From positions 1-64,000 of IMG/VR virus record IMGVR_UViG_3300023175_002299: a stretch of DNA of 64,000 nt; one strand, 5' to 3'. Source of the stretch: an uncultured virus (IMG/VR IMGVR_UViG_3300023175_002299) (taxonomy: Duplodnaviria; Heunggongvirae; Uroviricota; Caudoviricetes). Under the pieces are notes generated by a model. The model saw only the letters and a list, made by a program, of their open reading frames with translations. It was not told the DNA's origin and made no database searches. The translations under genes and the position numbers were made by a program. Positions 28,390 to 37,545 of the stretch are shown in pieces (the first letter of the stretch is position 1; each line of letters starts with the position of its first letter).

Positions 28390-29249
28390 TGGCTAAGTTT
28401 TTTATCACGGGTGACAGTAATGCTTGTGGAGAGTGGGGGCATGAAGACTCTCCACAATATGGCCACAAAGTCTCAACTAGAGGATATGTGGTTACTCACA
28501 CTGGTACACAACACTGGTTGACAGAGGCAGGGCATTTTGCAATAAGGCAGGGATTCCCAGGCGGATCAAATCACACCGCAATGAATCATTTAGAAAACGG
28601 AATGTTTTATGCTACTCAACATCATGGCATCAAACTTGAAGATGACAGGGCAAAGATGTCTTGTGATGTACATGGTTTTGGTGATTCTTGGAAAACAATT
28701 GAAGACTTTGATGCAATCATCTTTTTTTGGAGTGGGCCTTGTAGAGATATTCCATCTATGATAACAGACCCCAGTATATTTTTGTTAGAACAAAGTAAAA
28801 CTGGCGGCATCACCATTGATAAATGGGGACATTGGAATGAACTTCTAAGTTTTATGATGGTGTCTAGGATGATATTATTCTCATCAAAAAAACGAATCCC
28901 ACTGTACTTGATTGGTGCTCAACAAAAACTACCACCTTGGGTATATGATTTCAAAAATGAATATTTTATTCCATTGATTAGGAGCGTAGTAGAACTATGC
29001 CATCCAGATATAAGCATTCCAAGATACACCGATTTTCAAGTTGGTGCTAGGTGGAAAACAGATGGCGTAGATTCTTTTAAGAAGGACGGCCGAAATCACT
29101 TTTCCGAGGAAATGATGGATTTGATTTTAGATGTTACCAACAATTATTGGCCCAAATTGGCGTCTAGTCATGTCTCAAATGACGCTCACCCAGACCGATG
29201 GGCCCACAAAAAAGTGACAGATTTGATATTAGAATCAATTAATTTCTAA
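28389..29249 (+). CDS. SGNH-like protein, tandem paralog of the previous gene
   Basis: TGDSNACGEW...FPGGSN...FFWSGP...DAHPDRWAH. Confidence 0.6.
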   Translation: MAKFFITGDSNACGEWGHEDSPQYGHKVSTRGYVVTHTGTQHWLTEAGHFAIRQGFPGGSNHTAMNHLENGMFYATQHHGIKLEDDRAKMSCDVHGFGDSWKTIEDFDAIIFFWSGPCRDIPSMITDPSIFLLEQSKTGGITIDKWGHWNELLSFMMVSRMILFSSKKRIPLYLIGAQQKLPPWVYDFKNEYFIPLIRSVVELCHPDISIPRYTDFQVGARWKTDGVDSFKKDGRNHFSEEMMDLILDVTNNYWPKLASSHVSNDAHPDRWAHKKVTDLILESINF

Positions 29250-29388
29250 GTCCTTGATTTTATTGAAGAAAAAAATCGTTATGAATCAACAACTTACAAT
29301 TTTTTTGAACTTTTTTCGCTTTTCCTTATTTTTCAATGGCTTACGGAGGCAGCTTTTTCTTGACATCTGCCCCGAGGGCTGTCATAAT
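29247..29388 (+). promoter_or_regulatory. Early promoter cassette with IHF-consensus boxes (second copy)
   Basis: Boxes at 29247-29259 (-), 29284-29296 (+), 29331-29343 (1 mismatch); TTGACA(29360)-17 bp-CATAAT(29383). Confidence 0.75.
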
Positions 29389-29422
29389 ATGTACTGTAAC
29401 GTTGATTGAGAGAGAGAAAATT

Positions 29423-29794
29423 ATGGCTTACATGAATCAAGAACGCAAAAAGCAGCTCGCCCCAGGCATCAAGTCTGTTCTTAACAAGTACGGTGTCAAG
29501 GGTTCGATTGCTGTCCGTGACCATATGGTATTGGTCGTGAATCTCAAGTCTGGTGCTGTTGACTTCCAGAAAGATTACACTGGCGAAGGCGCCCATCATT
29601 ACCAGATCAATCCTTACTGGTTCGAAAAGCATTACACAGGTAAGGCAAAGAAGTTTCTACAGGAACTTTTGGCTGCCATGCGTGGTAATCTCTGGTATGA
29701 CAATTCCGATGCCATGGTTGACTACTTTGACACTGCCTATTATATGGATGTCAATGTCGGTCAGTGGAATAAAGAATATGAGGTGACTGCCTAA
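29423..29794 (+). CDS. Conserved phage early hypothetical protein
   Basis: MAYMNQERKK...DNSDAMVDYFDTAYY...GQWNKEY. Confidence 0.65.
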   Translation: MAYMNQERKKQLAPGIKSVLNKYGVKGSIAVRDHMVLVVNLKSGAVDFQKDYTGEGAHHYQINPYWFEKHYTGKAKKFLQELLAAMRGNLWYDNSDAMVDYFDTAYYMDVNVGQWNKEYEVTA

Positions 29795-29960
29795 TGATTC
29801 GTTTTATTTTTGGTTTGCTTCTTCTTTTGGGTGCTGTTGGTACGTTGGATACCGATCCAACGGCCTCCCTACTTAATTATACTTTCCTAAGCATTATCGG
29901 TTTGTTTATAATGTCTTGGCCAGTGCTGGACGGAACTTTTGATTTGGGGGATAAATAATT

Positions 29961-30218
29961 ATGCGTGATACGATTTGGTGGGACTCTGAGTCTTATAACG
30001 GCAGAGGTTGGAAATCTGAGTGGGGCAGCGATCAGTGCGATCAAGGCACACAACTTTATTATGGCCCAACCAGTAAAAGATCGGAGCCGTGTGATGGGTG
30101 TTCCAACTACAAAAATTGTATGGATGCCGCTGTCCAATGTCAAGCTTTTCGTAATTGGATTAATGCCGGCAATTACAAAGACAAGGATGTTCTGAGAAAT
30201 TTAAAACAGATATCATAG
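29961..30218 (+). CDS. Small Cys-rich hypothetical protein
   Basis: PCDGC...C...C. Confidence 0.45.
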   Translation: MRDTIWWDSESYNGRGWKSEWGSDQCDQGTQLYYGPTSKRSEPCDGCSNYKNCMDAAVQCQAFRNWINAGNYKDKDVLRNLKQIS

Positions 30219-30227
30219 GAGTCTATT

Positions 30228-30566
30228 ATGAAATTTCTTATTTCAGCTGTTGTTGCGATGTCCCTGCTTTCTGCGAACTCTGCTTTCGCTTTGGGAAAAC
30301 GTGAAGAAGGTGTACTGATTGGTTTGGGTTCTGCCATTCTGGTTGGTTCGGTTCTAAAAGATCGCCGTTCTGGCGGTTCTTATGGTGAGTACGGTGATTA
30401 TCGATATAATGATCGTGCAGAATTCCCGCCCTTCCGATGTAATGCTAACTCTGTGCAGTGTGCATACGAACGAGGTGTTTGGGAACGTGAGTACGAAATC
30501 TGGAAACGTGAAAAAGATCGTGCTTATCGATGTGGACGATATGGTGAATGTGGAGAGGTGCAGTAA
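30228..30566 (+). CDS. Exported hypothetical protein (signal peptide, glycine-zipper-like segment)
   Basis: MKFLISAVVAMSLLSANSAFA; GVLIGLGSAILVG. Confidence 0.55.
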   Translation: MKFLISAVVAMSLLSANSAFALGKREEGVLIGLGSAILVGSVLKDRRSGGSYGEYGDYRYNDRAEFPPFRCNANSVQCAYERGVWEREYEIWKREKDRAYRCGRYGECGEVQ

Positions 30567-30629
30567 TGAGTAAGATGGGTCAATTCGTTTTGGAATGTCA
30601 AACCGCAGCCGAAGAGGCTTACGCCACTG

Positions 30630-31217
30630 GTGCTGATGTTGAGGTTGTTATTGAAGATCAGTTTTCGGATAGACCCTATCTTGTCTCCTACGCCAAGGAA
30701 GTGGCTAAAGATTACTTGTGGGAGGAAATTCCTTTTGAGTAAAATTTCGGTATTGGTTCGTGGTGGAAACAGTTTCCAAAAACATGTCGTCAATCAGTGT
30801 GTCGATTGGTGTACTCGCAATCTCATGCCAGATGTCAGACGCATTTATATTGATGTTCATCTGAAGAACATTCCTGATGCAGATGGATACTGCGAGAATA
30901 TCGCCCTTGAGAAAGAAGATTTTGTTGGTTCTTCGCCACGCACATTCAAACTTCAGATTAATAAAACCCTACATTTTATGGAGATGGTTTCTACCATCAT
31001 TCATGAGATGGTTCACGTTAAACAATACGTTAATCGTGAACTAAATGACAACCATTCAGCAATTAAGTGGAAGTCACGACACTGCTCATATAATATGAGC
31101 TACGAAGATCAGCCTTGGGAGAAAGAGGCATTTCGATTGCAGGATAGACTGTTGTCGCCACTTTTGACCGAGGTTGAGTTTTCAACCAACGTGGATCGGA
31201 ATGGATTCAAAAAATGA
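30630..31217 (+). CDS. HExxH zinc metallopeptidase-like protein (true start probably ~30735)
   Basis: TIIHEMVHVKQY...YEDQPWEKEA. Confidence 0.75.
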   Translation: MLMLRLLLKISFRIDPILSPTPRKWLKITCGRKFLLSKISVLVRGGNSFQKHVVNQCVDWCTRNLMPDVRRIYIDVHLKNIPDADGYCENIALEKEDFVGSSPRTFKLQINKTLHFMEMVSTIIHEMVHVKQYVNRELNDNHSAIKWKSRHCSYNMSYEDQPWEKEAFRLQDRLLSPLLTEVEFSTNVDRNGFKK

Positions 31218-32458
31218 GATACGAAGCATATCTTTATCAATACACTCACATTCCAACCGGCCGAATTTATATTGGAATTCATAAGGGAATGATCTCTGAT
31301 GAATACAATCACTCTTCTACGGATGAAGAGTTTGCTTCCTTACTACGAAATAGTCGTGAGGATTTTTGTTATGAAATACTACTGACAGGTAGTTACAACA
31401 CAATGCGAAACGAGGAGCATAAAATGTTGAAAGCAGTGAACGCAAAGTCTAACCCCATGTACTTTAACAAGTCGAATGGGTCACCCGCTAGTAAAGGGAT
31501 CAACCGAGAAGCAGTAAAAGAACTCGCTGATGATATCATGAGTCGTGAAGGTGTTCTTACTGATGCAAAAGAAATTCTGAAATCTGCGAAATTACAGGTT
31601 CGTGCAGCTGATGATCGTAACCATAAACTAGCTATTCAGAATGCCATTGATGATGCACATGGTGATACAGTGGGACTTGGATTGCGTGCCGTTTTGCTTG
31701 ACGAGTATTACGATGAATCTGACCCAGAGTACGGTGTTGATGGTTCTCTTATGGTCGGCGGAAACCATTCTACAGAAGGCACCGCTGATTCAAAACATGG
31801 TAAGGATATTCCTACTGTCCGTGTTCCTCGTGAAGAGTGGGAACATCTAAATGATACTGAAATTGATTATTTGGGTATGCATCTAAACAAACCCGAAAGT
31901 GTCATTGATCCAAAACGCAATCAACCAGATGATCTTAACAAGATGATTGAAACGATGTACTTCAACGAACATGTCGATCCTCTCAGTGATGAAATGCTAG
32001 AGATTCTTGTTGACCTTAACATTCCCCGCCGCAATGCAAAGAACATCGCTAAGAAGGCAAAGAAATTGATTGAGGTGCAAGAAATGAATATGGTTGGACA
32101 GAAAATGATTGACTATAACGTTGAACCGCACAAATCAAAACTTGCCGAAAAGATTAGTCAGTTGCGTGCTGATGGATCAACTCTCGCCTACACAATTACT
32201 TCTGGTTCTGGTGGCAGTTTGCAAACTCTGTTGCGAAACGTCAAAGATGATTTGATTGAGGGACAACACAACACGGTCAAAGTATTGGTTCGCCATGCTC
32301 TTCCTAGTTTTTATGAAGAATGGAACAATGGTCAAAAGGGAATTGAAAACCAAGAGATGTTTACTTGGGCTCTTGAACCCCGTGGATTAAGTGTTGAGTT
32401 TTTCAATCTTCCTCACATCCAAAAAGATGTCCAGTTTGCAACAATGGATTTGGACTAA
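31214..32458 (+). CDS. Protein with N-terminal GIY-YIG-like domain and long C-terminal region of unknown function
   Basis: YLYQY...GRIYIGIH...Y.HSS...E...YFNKSNG. Confidence 0.55.
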   Translation: MRYEAYLYQYTHIPTGRIYIGIHKGMISDEYNHSSTDEEFASLLRNSREDFCYEILLTGSYNTMRNEEHKMLKAVNAKSNPMYFNKSNGSPASKGINREAVKELADDIMSREGVLTDAKEILKSAKLQVRAADDRNHKLAIQNAIDDAHGDTVGLGLRAVLLDEYYDESDPEYGVDGSLMVGGNHSTEGTADSKHGKDIPTVRVPREEWEHLNDTEIDYLGMHLNKPESVIDPKRNQPDDLNKMIETMYFNEHVDPLSDEMLEILVDLNIPRRNAKNIAKKAKKLIEVQEMNMVGQKMIDYNVEPHKSKLAEKISQLRADGSTLAYTITSGSGGSLQTLLRNVKDDLIEGQHNTVKVLVRHALPSFYEEWNNGQKGIENQEMFTWALEPRGLSVEFFNLPHIQKDVQFATMDLD

Positions 32459-32479
32459 AAAAAGGGGCGAAAGCCCCTT
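32457..32479 (-). terminator. Intrinsic terminator (T-run on - strand; may be bidirectional)
   Basis: AAGGGGC-GAAA-GCCCCTT hairpin preceded by A7 on the + strand. Confidence 0.75.
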
Positions 32480-32516
32480 GACTTAAACTCATTTTTTTGT
32501 TAAACTTGTATAAATA
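32478..32516 (+). promoter_or_regulatory. Tandem sigma70 promoter and T4 late promoter
   Basis: TTGACT(32478)-17 bp-TAAACT(32501); TATAAATA at 32509-32516. Confidence 0.65.
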
Positions 32517-32520
32517 ATCG

Positions 32521-32700
32521 GACATACGGTTGCGGTTCCTGAGCATGACCCCACCCAGACCTACCTTAAACTGCTCCGTCAGATAGACGTTAAACGTTGG
32601 GCGCCCTGAGCAACGGCGGTAGAACAGACCAAGGAAAAACTGCTCCCTCCCAGCTATCGGGAGCGTAACAGGAACCTGAGCATGTTCCGATAAACTGCTC
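32521..32700 (+). ncRNA. Putative ncRNA of three tandem pseudoknot-like units
   Basis: Three CCTGAGCA...AAACTGCTC units, each with a flanking stem of different sequence but preserved pairing; GC-rich intergenic region with upstream promoters. Confidence 0.7.
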
Positions 32701-32707
32701 ATTTTCT

Positions 32708-33775
32708 TTATATGTCATAATACTTCACAAACACACTACTGTTCTCCGTTGCGGATGATGCGTAGGAGTATATTTTACTCGCCACTTTGTTTTTGTTTGT
32801 TGAAGTAGAAACCTCGTGTGCATAATATACACTCAGATACTTGGACATCCACCAAGTCGGATCGACTGCAGCCAACCCCTTTGTTTTTGCAATTACCTCT
32901 GTTTGTTTTTCTTTATTTGTTGTCCCAGCAATCTTTTTGTACATGGTTGCAAATTTGCGTAAAACTGTGTCAGTTGGTTTTAGGTTTGGATTGAATTGAT
33001 TGGGGGGAGTTACAGTAACGCCTCCAGATTTTGCCTGTTCAACCAAAAGACCCCCACCAATTTTACCACCGGCTGCTGACTTTCCTTTTACCTCACCCTG
33101 CCATGATGATGTTACTGCTCTAGAAGAAAAGTTTCTTAACTGAATGTCAAAATCCTTTCCGTCAGAAGTTACGGTTAGATAAACATCTTTCGATGCAGTA
33201 ACGTCTGTCATTGGTTTGACTTCTTTGAATTTTGCAGTTATTTTATTATTGCCATCGTTATATACTTTGGTTTTCACCTGTCCCTTTGGGACTTTTTTCA
33301 ATGAAATGCCGATGAGTTTTTTTGCATTGTATTGATCTAATACAAAATCATTGTACTCTTGTAGGTTCTTGCAGTTGGTTTTCTGGGTATATCCAGCCTT
33401 GATCGCCCAGATGTCTGCTGGATTCCATTTGTCATCACCTGTCATCCCAGAACCAGTCTTATACTTTCTCCACTCTCTGTAGATTCCTTCTACTTTCTGA
33501 CTGCCTCTGTGGAAGGTGTACCCGCTTCTGATTTGGTAGTCTTTGAAAAATTTGTTTGCAGTTGCAATGATACTATAACTGTACCCCGCATCACCTTTGA
33601 ATTGATCCATGCATTCTTTTAAAGTTCTGTCGCAATCTGCACTTTTTGTATTTGACGCTTTAATTTCAAAAAGACTTTCAAGGTCTCTTCCCTTTTCTTG
33701 TCTGGCTGCACAAGCGTAAGCCTGCAACGACTCATAGAGTGCTGTTATCTCTGCTCCTGCTCCCGACTGCGCCAT
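32708..33775 (-). CDS. Putative PD-(D/E)XK-fold (restriction-endonuclease-like) nuclease
   Basis: Early helix Glu (LYESLQ), DKWNPADIWAI, LIGISLKK. Confidence 0.55.
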   Translation of the reverse strand: MAQSGAGAEITALYESLQAYACAARQEKGRDLESLFEIKASNTKSADCDRTLKECMDQFKGDAGYSYSIIATANKFFKDYQIRSGYTFHRGSQKVEGIYREWRKYKTGSGMTGDDKWNPADIWAIKAGYTQKTNCKNLQEYNDFVLDQYNAKKLIGISLKKVPKGQVKTKVYNDGNNKITAKFKEVKPMTDVTASKDVYLTVTSDGKDFDIQLRNFSSRAVTSSWQGEVKGKSAAGGKIGGGLLVEQAKSGGVTVTPPNQFNPNLKPTDTVLRKFATMYKKIAGTTNKEKQTEVIAKTKGLAAVDPTWWMSKYLSVYYAHEVSTSTNKNKVASKIYSYASSATENSSVFVKYYDI

Positions 33776-33791
33776 TATTCTTCACCCATTT

Positions 33792-34280
33792 TTATTGTCC
33801 CGCCAGTGGGTTCTCCAAGGCTTCTTGAATTTGATCTTGGATAGATTTTCTTATTTCGCTGAGTTCCTTGGAAGTACCCTTTTCCAATTCATACAGTCTT
33901 TTATCGGTATCCCTAACGTCTGCGAACAGACCTTGTAGATCACCGTCTATCCTATTTATACTTTCACGCATAACGTCCGTGGTTTGATCCAACGCATCTG
34001 TCTTTGCTTCTATCTCTTGTCCTAGAGCTTCGATGGTTGATCTTTGCGCCAGGATGGTTGTGTTTTGCGAGTTTACTGTTTCTTCAAGCACAGCGATACT
34101 CTGCTCGATTCCTGAGAGGTCTGGTGCTACATATTCTTGGATTTGTTCTTTCATATCCATGTAATCTTTGTAGACTTCAAACCCCCCGTACAACACACCT
34201 ACTGCGGAAGATAAGGCCATACCTACTGCGAGCATTTTGCCGCCCTTGAAGGTTACTCCCCCAATTTCTATTTCTGCCAT
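33792..34280 (-). CDS. Membrane-anchored coiled-coil protein
   Basis: N-terminal TM, heptad-rich body, C-terminal ALENPLAGQ. Confidence 0.65.
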   Translation of the reverse strand: MAEIEIGGVTFKGGKMLAVGMALSSAVGVLYGGFEVYKDYMDMKEQIQEYVAPDLSGIEQSIAVLEETVNSQNTTILAQRSTIEALGQEIEAKTDALDQTTDVMRESINRIDGDLQGLFADVRDTDKRLYELEKGTSKELSEIRKSIQDQIQEALENPLAGQ

Positions 34281-36499
34281 TAGTATTGACTCCTAATTAG
34301 TTCTTGCATTGTTCCGTGATTTTCTGAGAACATTTTATAATGCGACTTTACGTTGTCGGTCAACACGATATTACCATAAACCTGTTCTTGTGTATACATG
34401 TCTTGTTTGTATGTTGGTGTTTTGTCATAATATGCCGACATATCAGTTCCAGATGCTATTTGTTGCAATACAGCAGTCTGTCCAATTGCCGCTTCGTTTG
34501 AATTTTCCAGATTTTTCTGTCTTATACGTTCAGCTAGTCTCTCTGCCAAGGACTGTTCTTCTATTGGAATCACTGTTTCCACCATTCCGCTAGACGTTTG
34601 CACTGGTATGATAGCAAATCCTATTGGAGCCAAGTCTCCCAATGCAAGATTTTGTTCAACATTCTGTGCATCTGACTCTGTTTGTTCATTTTCTGATACA
34701 CTTTCTGTATTATTTGATACACTTCCTGTCATCATTGCAAAGGAAGCGTTGTCAGAACCGAACAAAAACTGTTCTGGTGACATATATTGACCAGAATTTT
34801 CAGTCTCGGAGATCAAATTTTCTGTCTGTTGGGTAAATTCTTGCGAATTTGACTCACTTGTTGCTGGATCATCGGTAAATTCTTGCGAATTTGACCCAAT
34901 TGCAGACTCACTTACACTCAAATTTGAAGTATTTTGGGAATTTTGGGAAGAAGATGCACTTTCTTCTCTTAAATTTGAAACTAGTTTAGCAGTTTGTGCT
35001 AAAACTAGTGATGTTGCATCAACTTTTGCTGTTGCAACTACTTTTTCGGTCACTGGAACCAACTCAACCTTGTCTAATTCGACTTCTTCTTCCAAAACCT
35101 TCTCTTCAAGAACCTCAACAACTTCCATTTCTTCTAAAATTACTAATTCTTCTTCTATTTGGTCTTCTATTTGGTCTTCTAAAATCTTTTCTTCATTCAC
35201 CTTTCCGTCATTTGCAACCAATTCTTCTGTGTCCACTAATTCAGTTTGTTCATTATTAATGAACACTTCTTCAGAATGAACATCCTTATCGTCAAATTTT
35301 ACAAATTTTTCATCTTGTATAGTCTGAGTATACGAATCCTCTGAAGTGTAAACTGTTTCCTCAATACCATCCATGTTAAAACTAGTGCCGTCATCACTTC
35401 CGTCATCGACACCAGAAAAATCATCTTTAGTATCGTCTACTTTAAACATTTCCTCGTCAATGTAGCCGGGACACAACATGTCATATTGTGGGTCTAGTGT
35501 ACAGTTGTACTCAAACAATGCTTCCTTGTAGCCTGGACATGTATCTTTGTAAAGTGAATCCAACGAACACTGTAGGTCGTGATAAGCTTCTGCATAGCCA
35601 GGACACCCAGAATCATACAATGGATCGGCAGAACATTGTTGTTCGTAGTATGCTTGTTCGTAGCCTGGACATTGCGTATCGTAAAGAGGATTCTGTTCGC
35701 ATTGTTGATTGAAGTATGCTTCCTCATATCCTTCACACGATGAATCGTTTAGTGGGTTACTACAATCGGGCCCAGAGGTGTAACCTCCGTCTTCCCCGTA
35801 CCATGCGTAATATGTGTTACCTTCTACTTCATAAGTTTCAGATGCAAAGTTGCCAATGTGATCTGTTGTCATACCGCCTTCTTGGGCAGTCTTGTAAAAC
35901 AATTCGTTTACTTCATCGTAGACGTTACCATTTAAACTTGTCGTGTCACCTGTAAATCCAATCCATACATTATGATTTGTAATATTGACATCTGCATAAT
36001 GAAAGTCAAACGAACCATCGGGCCATAGTTGAACACCAAATGTGTTTAGATTGTTAGTGCCGAATTCTGTTATGTTCTGCCAGAGAAATGCAGTGCCGTC
36101 TTTACCTGTCTCATAAAAGTAACCTGAGTCTGGTATACTAGTGTCATGCCGCAAGTCTGTCCACAAAGGGGCAAGCATGTAAGAAAAGGTTCCTCCTATG
36201 CCGCCTGGAAAAAACCCATTACAACATCCATTATTGTATGTGGTTGGGTTTCCAAATGAATTCGCTGGATCGTAGAACAAGATGAATCCGTTACTAGACA
36301 TCCAGGCGTCTGTGAATACTCCGCCATAATAAGGAAAGGTATGACCCAAGTTGATGTGAACGGTGCCGTCATCGACACCATCCATTACTTGAGTTTGTGC
36401 TTCAGCGTAATTTGCGGCCCATAGAAAACCAACCGCAATACTAGTAACAAATAGCTTCGTCAGGATATCTTTCACAGAATTCTTCCTTTGAGTAGACAT
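34280..36499 (-). CDS. Exported protein: NIDO-like domain, five Cys repeats, acidic low-complexity region (start probably GTG ~36476)
   Basis: Signal peptide ending AEA; INLGHTFPYYG...MSSNGFILF...LAPLWTDL; C-x2-[DN]PLYD-x2-CPGY repeats. Confidence 0.65.
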   Translation of the reverse strand: MSTQRKNSVKDILTKLFVTSIAVGFLWAANYAEAQTQVMDGVDDGTVHINLGHTFPYYGGVFTDAWMSSNGFILFYDPANSFGNPTTYNNGCCNGFFPGGIGGTFSYMLAPLWTDLRHDTSIPDSGYFYETGKDGTAFLWQNITEFGTNNLNTFGVQLWPDGSFDFHYADVNITNHNVWIGFTGDTTSLNGNVYDEVNELFYKTAQEGGMTTDHIGNFASETYEVEGNTYYAWYGEDGGYTSGPDCSNPLNDSSCEGYEEAYFNQQCEQNPLYDTQCPGYEQAYYEQQCSADPLYDSGCPGYAEAYHDLQCSLDSLYKDTCPGYKEALFEYNCTLDPQYDMLCPGYIDEEMFKVDDTKDDFSGVDDGSDDGTSFNMDGIEETVYTSEDSYTQTIQDEKFVKFDDKDVHSEEVFINNEQTELVDTEELVANDGKVNEEKILEDQIEDQIEEELVILEEMEVVEVLEEKVLEEEVELDKVELVPVTEKVVATAKVDATSLVLAQTAKLVSNLREESASSSQNSQNTSNLSVSESAIGSNSQEFTDDPATSESNSQEFTQQTENLISETENSGQYMSPEQFLFGSDNASFAMMTGSVSNNTESVSENEQTESDAQNVEQNLALGDLAPIGFAIIPVQTSSGMVETVIPIEEQSLAERLAERIRQKNLENSNEAAIGQTAVLQQIASGTDMSAYYDKTPTYKQDMYTQEQVYGNIVLTDNVKSHYKMFSENHGTMQELIRSQY

Positions 36500-37520
36500 T
36501 GTAGGCTGTGTCTGGATTATCTTTCAACCTTCCGTCAACTGCTTTCTTGTCATATGCACCCGTAGGCATTCTGTCTTTGTTTACGTCCCAAGACTGTATT
36601 GCTTCGTCACCTAACGCACCCTCAAACGGACAAGGTGTTCCAGCCATTCTCATGGCATTCCACACTCTTTCATCTTGACACATTAAGGAAACCGCCGCAA
36701 CTTTCATTCCCATGTCATACAGGGTCTTTGAAAGTTTGATTCTCTCACAGTTCATATCTCTAACAGATTTGCCACCAGAAATACCGAATATCTGAGTTTG
36801 TACTGCACCACTTATACCAGTAGTACACAGGTCTTGAGAATAAGAAGAACCAATGCTCGGTGCGATTGCACTGGGCGGGGGAGACTTAATTGTAGTCTCT
36901 GATTTGGTTACATTTTCGTTTCTATTGATATTCTCATTCTTGGTATTGACGTTAGAATTAGAATTGCTTTCACTGTAATTGTTATTGGTATTATTGTTGG
37001 TATTGGTGTTGTCAGAAGTACTGGTGCTATTTGTGTTACTGTTTACATTCTGATTGATGTCAGATGTGCTAGAACTAGTACTAGTATTAATGTTGGTGTT
37101 CGTATTATTGTTTGTATTGTTGCTAGTACTGGTCGAGGTGTTGATATTAGTATTAGTATTAGTATTGTTGTTGGTGTTATTACTAGTACTATTGATTGTT
37201 GTGTTGTTAGTATTAGTATTATTGTTGGTGTTGTTACTAGTACTAGTGTTGTTATTATAATTTGTATTGGTGCTAGTGTTGGTGTTCACATTAGTATTAG
37301 TATTTGTGTTCGTACTCGTACTAGTACTTGTGTTGGTGTTGTTATTTGTGTTAGTATTAGTATTGGTGTTTGTGCTAGTACTAGTGTTATCAGTCGTGGT
37401 GTTGTTGTTGATGTTAGTCGTTGTTGACCCGTCATCCGTTTGGCCGAATGCTGCCTCACAACTGACCAGAAGTGCTACCGTGATAAAAAAAGCATAAAAA
37501 AAGTGCTTATGCGAATGCAT
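36441..37520 (-). CDS. Exported Asn/Thr/Ser-rich protein with C-terminal Cys-containing domain
   Basis: Signal peptide; ~170 aa N/T/S low-complexity tract; PPPSAIAPS...DLC...NCERIKLSK...LMCQD...TPCP. Confidence 0.75.
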   Translation of the reverse strand: MHSHKHFFYAFFITVALLVSCEAAFGQTDDGSTTTNINNNTTTDNTSTSTNTNTNTNTNNNTNTSTSTSTNTNTNTNVNTNTSTNTNYNNNTSTSNNTNNNTNTNNTTINSTSNNTNNNTNTNTNINTSTSTSNNTNNNTNTNINTSTSSSTSDINQNVNSNTNSTSTSDNTNTNNNTNNNYSESNSNSNVNTKNENINRNENVTKSETTIKSPPPSAIAPSIGSSYSQDLCTTGISGAVQTQIFGISGGKSVRDMNCERIKLSKTLYDMGMKVAAVSLMCQDERVWNAMRMAGTPCPFEGALGDEAIQSWDVNKDRMPTGAYDKKAVDGRLKDNPDTAYNVYSKEEFCERYPDEAICY

Positions 37521-37545
37521 ATTACTCTCTCCCCTAAGAAAAGAC

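Noticed and set aside
32521..32700. CRISPR or TIGR array interpretation of the repeats
   Set aside because: The conserved parts are only 8-9 nt, unit lengths are unequal, the variable parts base-pair internally, and no Cas or Nop-domain protein is recognisable in the window
32403..32702. 99-aa minus-strand ORF over the repeat element
   Set aside because: No recognisable motif, and it crosses a terminator and promoters; the RNA-structure pattern explains the sequence better
34832..34895. 22-bp direct repeat GGTAAATTCTTGCGAATTTGAC
   Set aside because: An intragenic duplication encoding SNSQEFT twice in a low-complexity region; no sign of separate function
37054..37497. Plus-strand Val/Leu-rich ORFs resembling membrane proteins
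   Set aside because: Antisense shadows of the Asn/Thr codon repeats in the minus-strand gene
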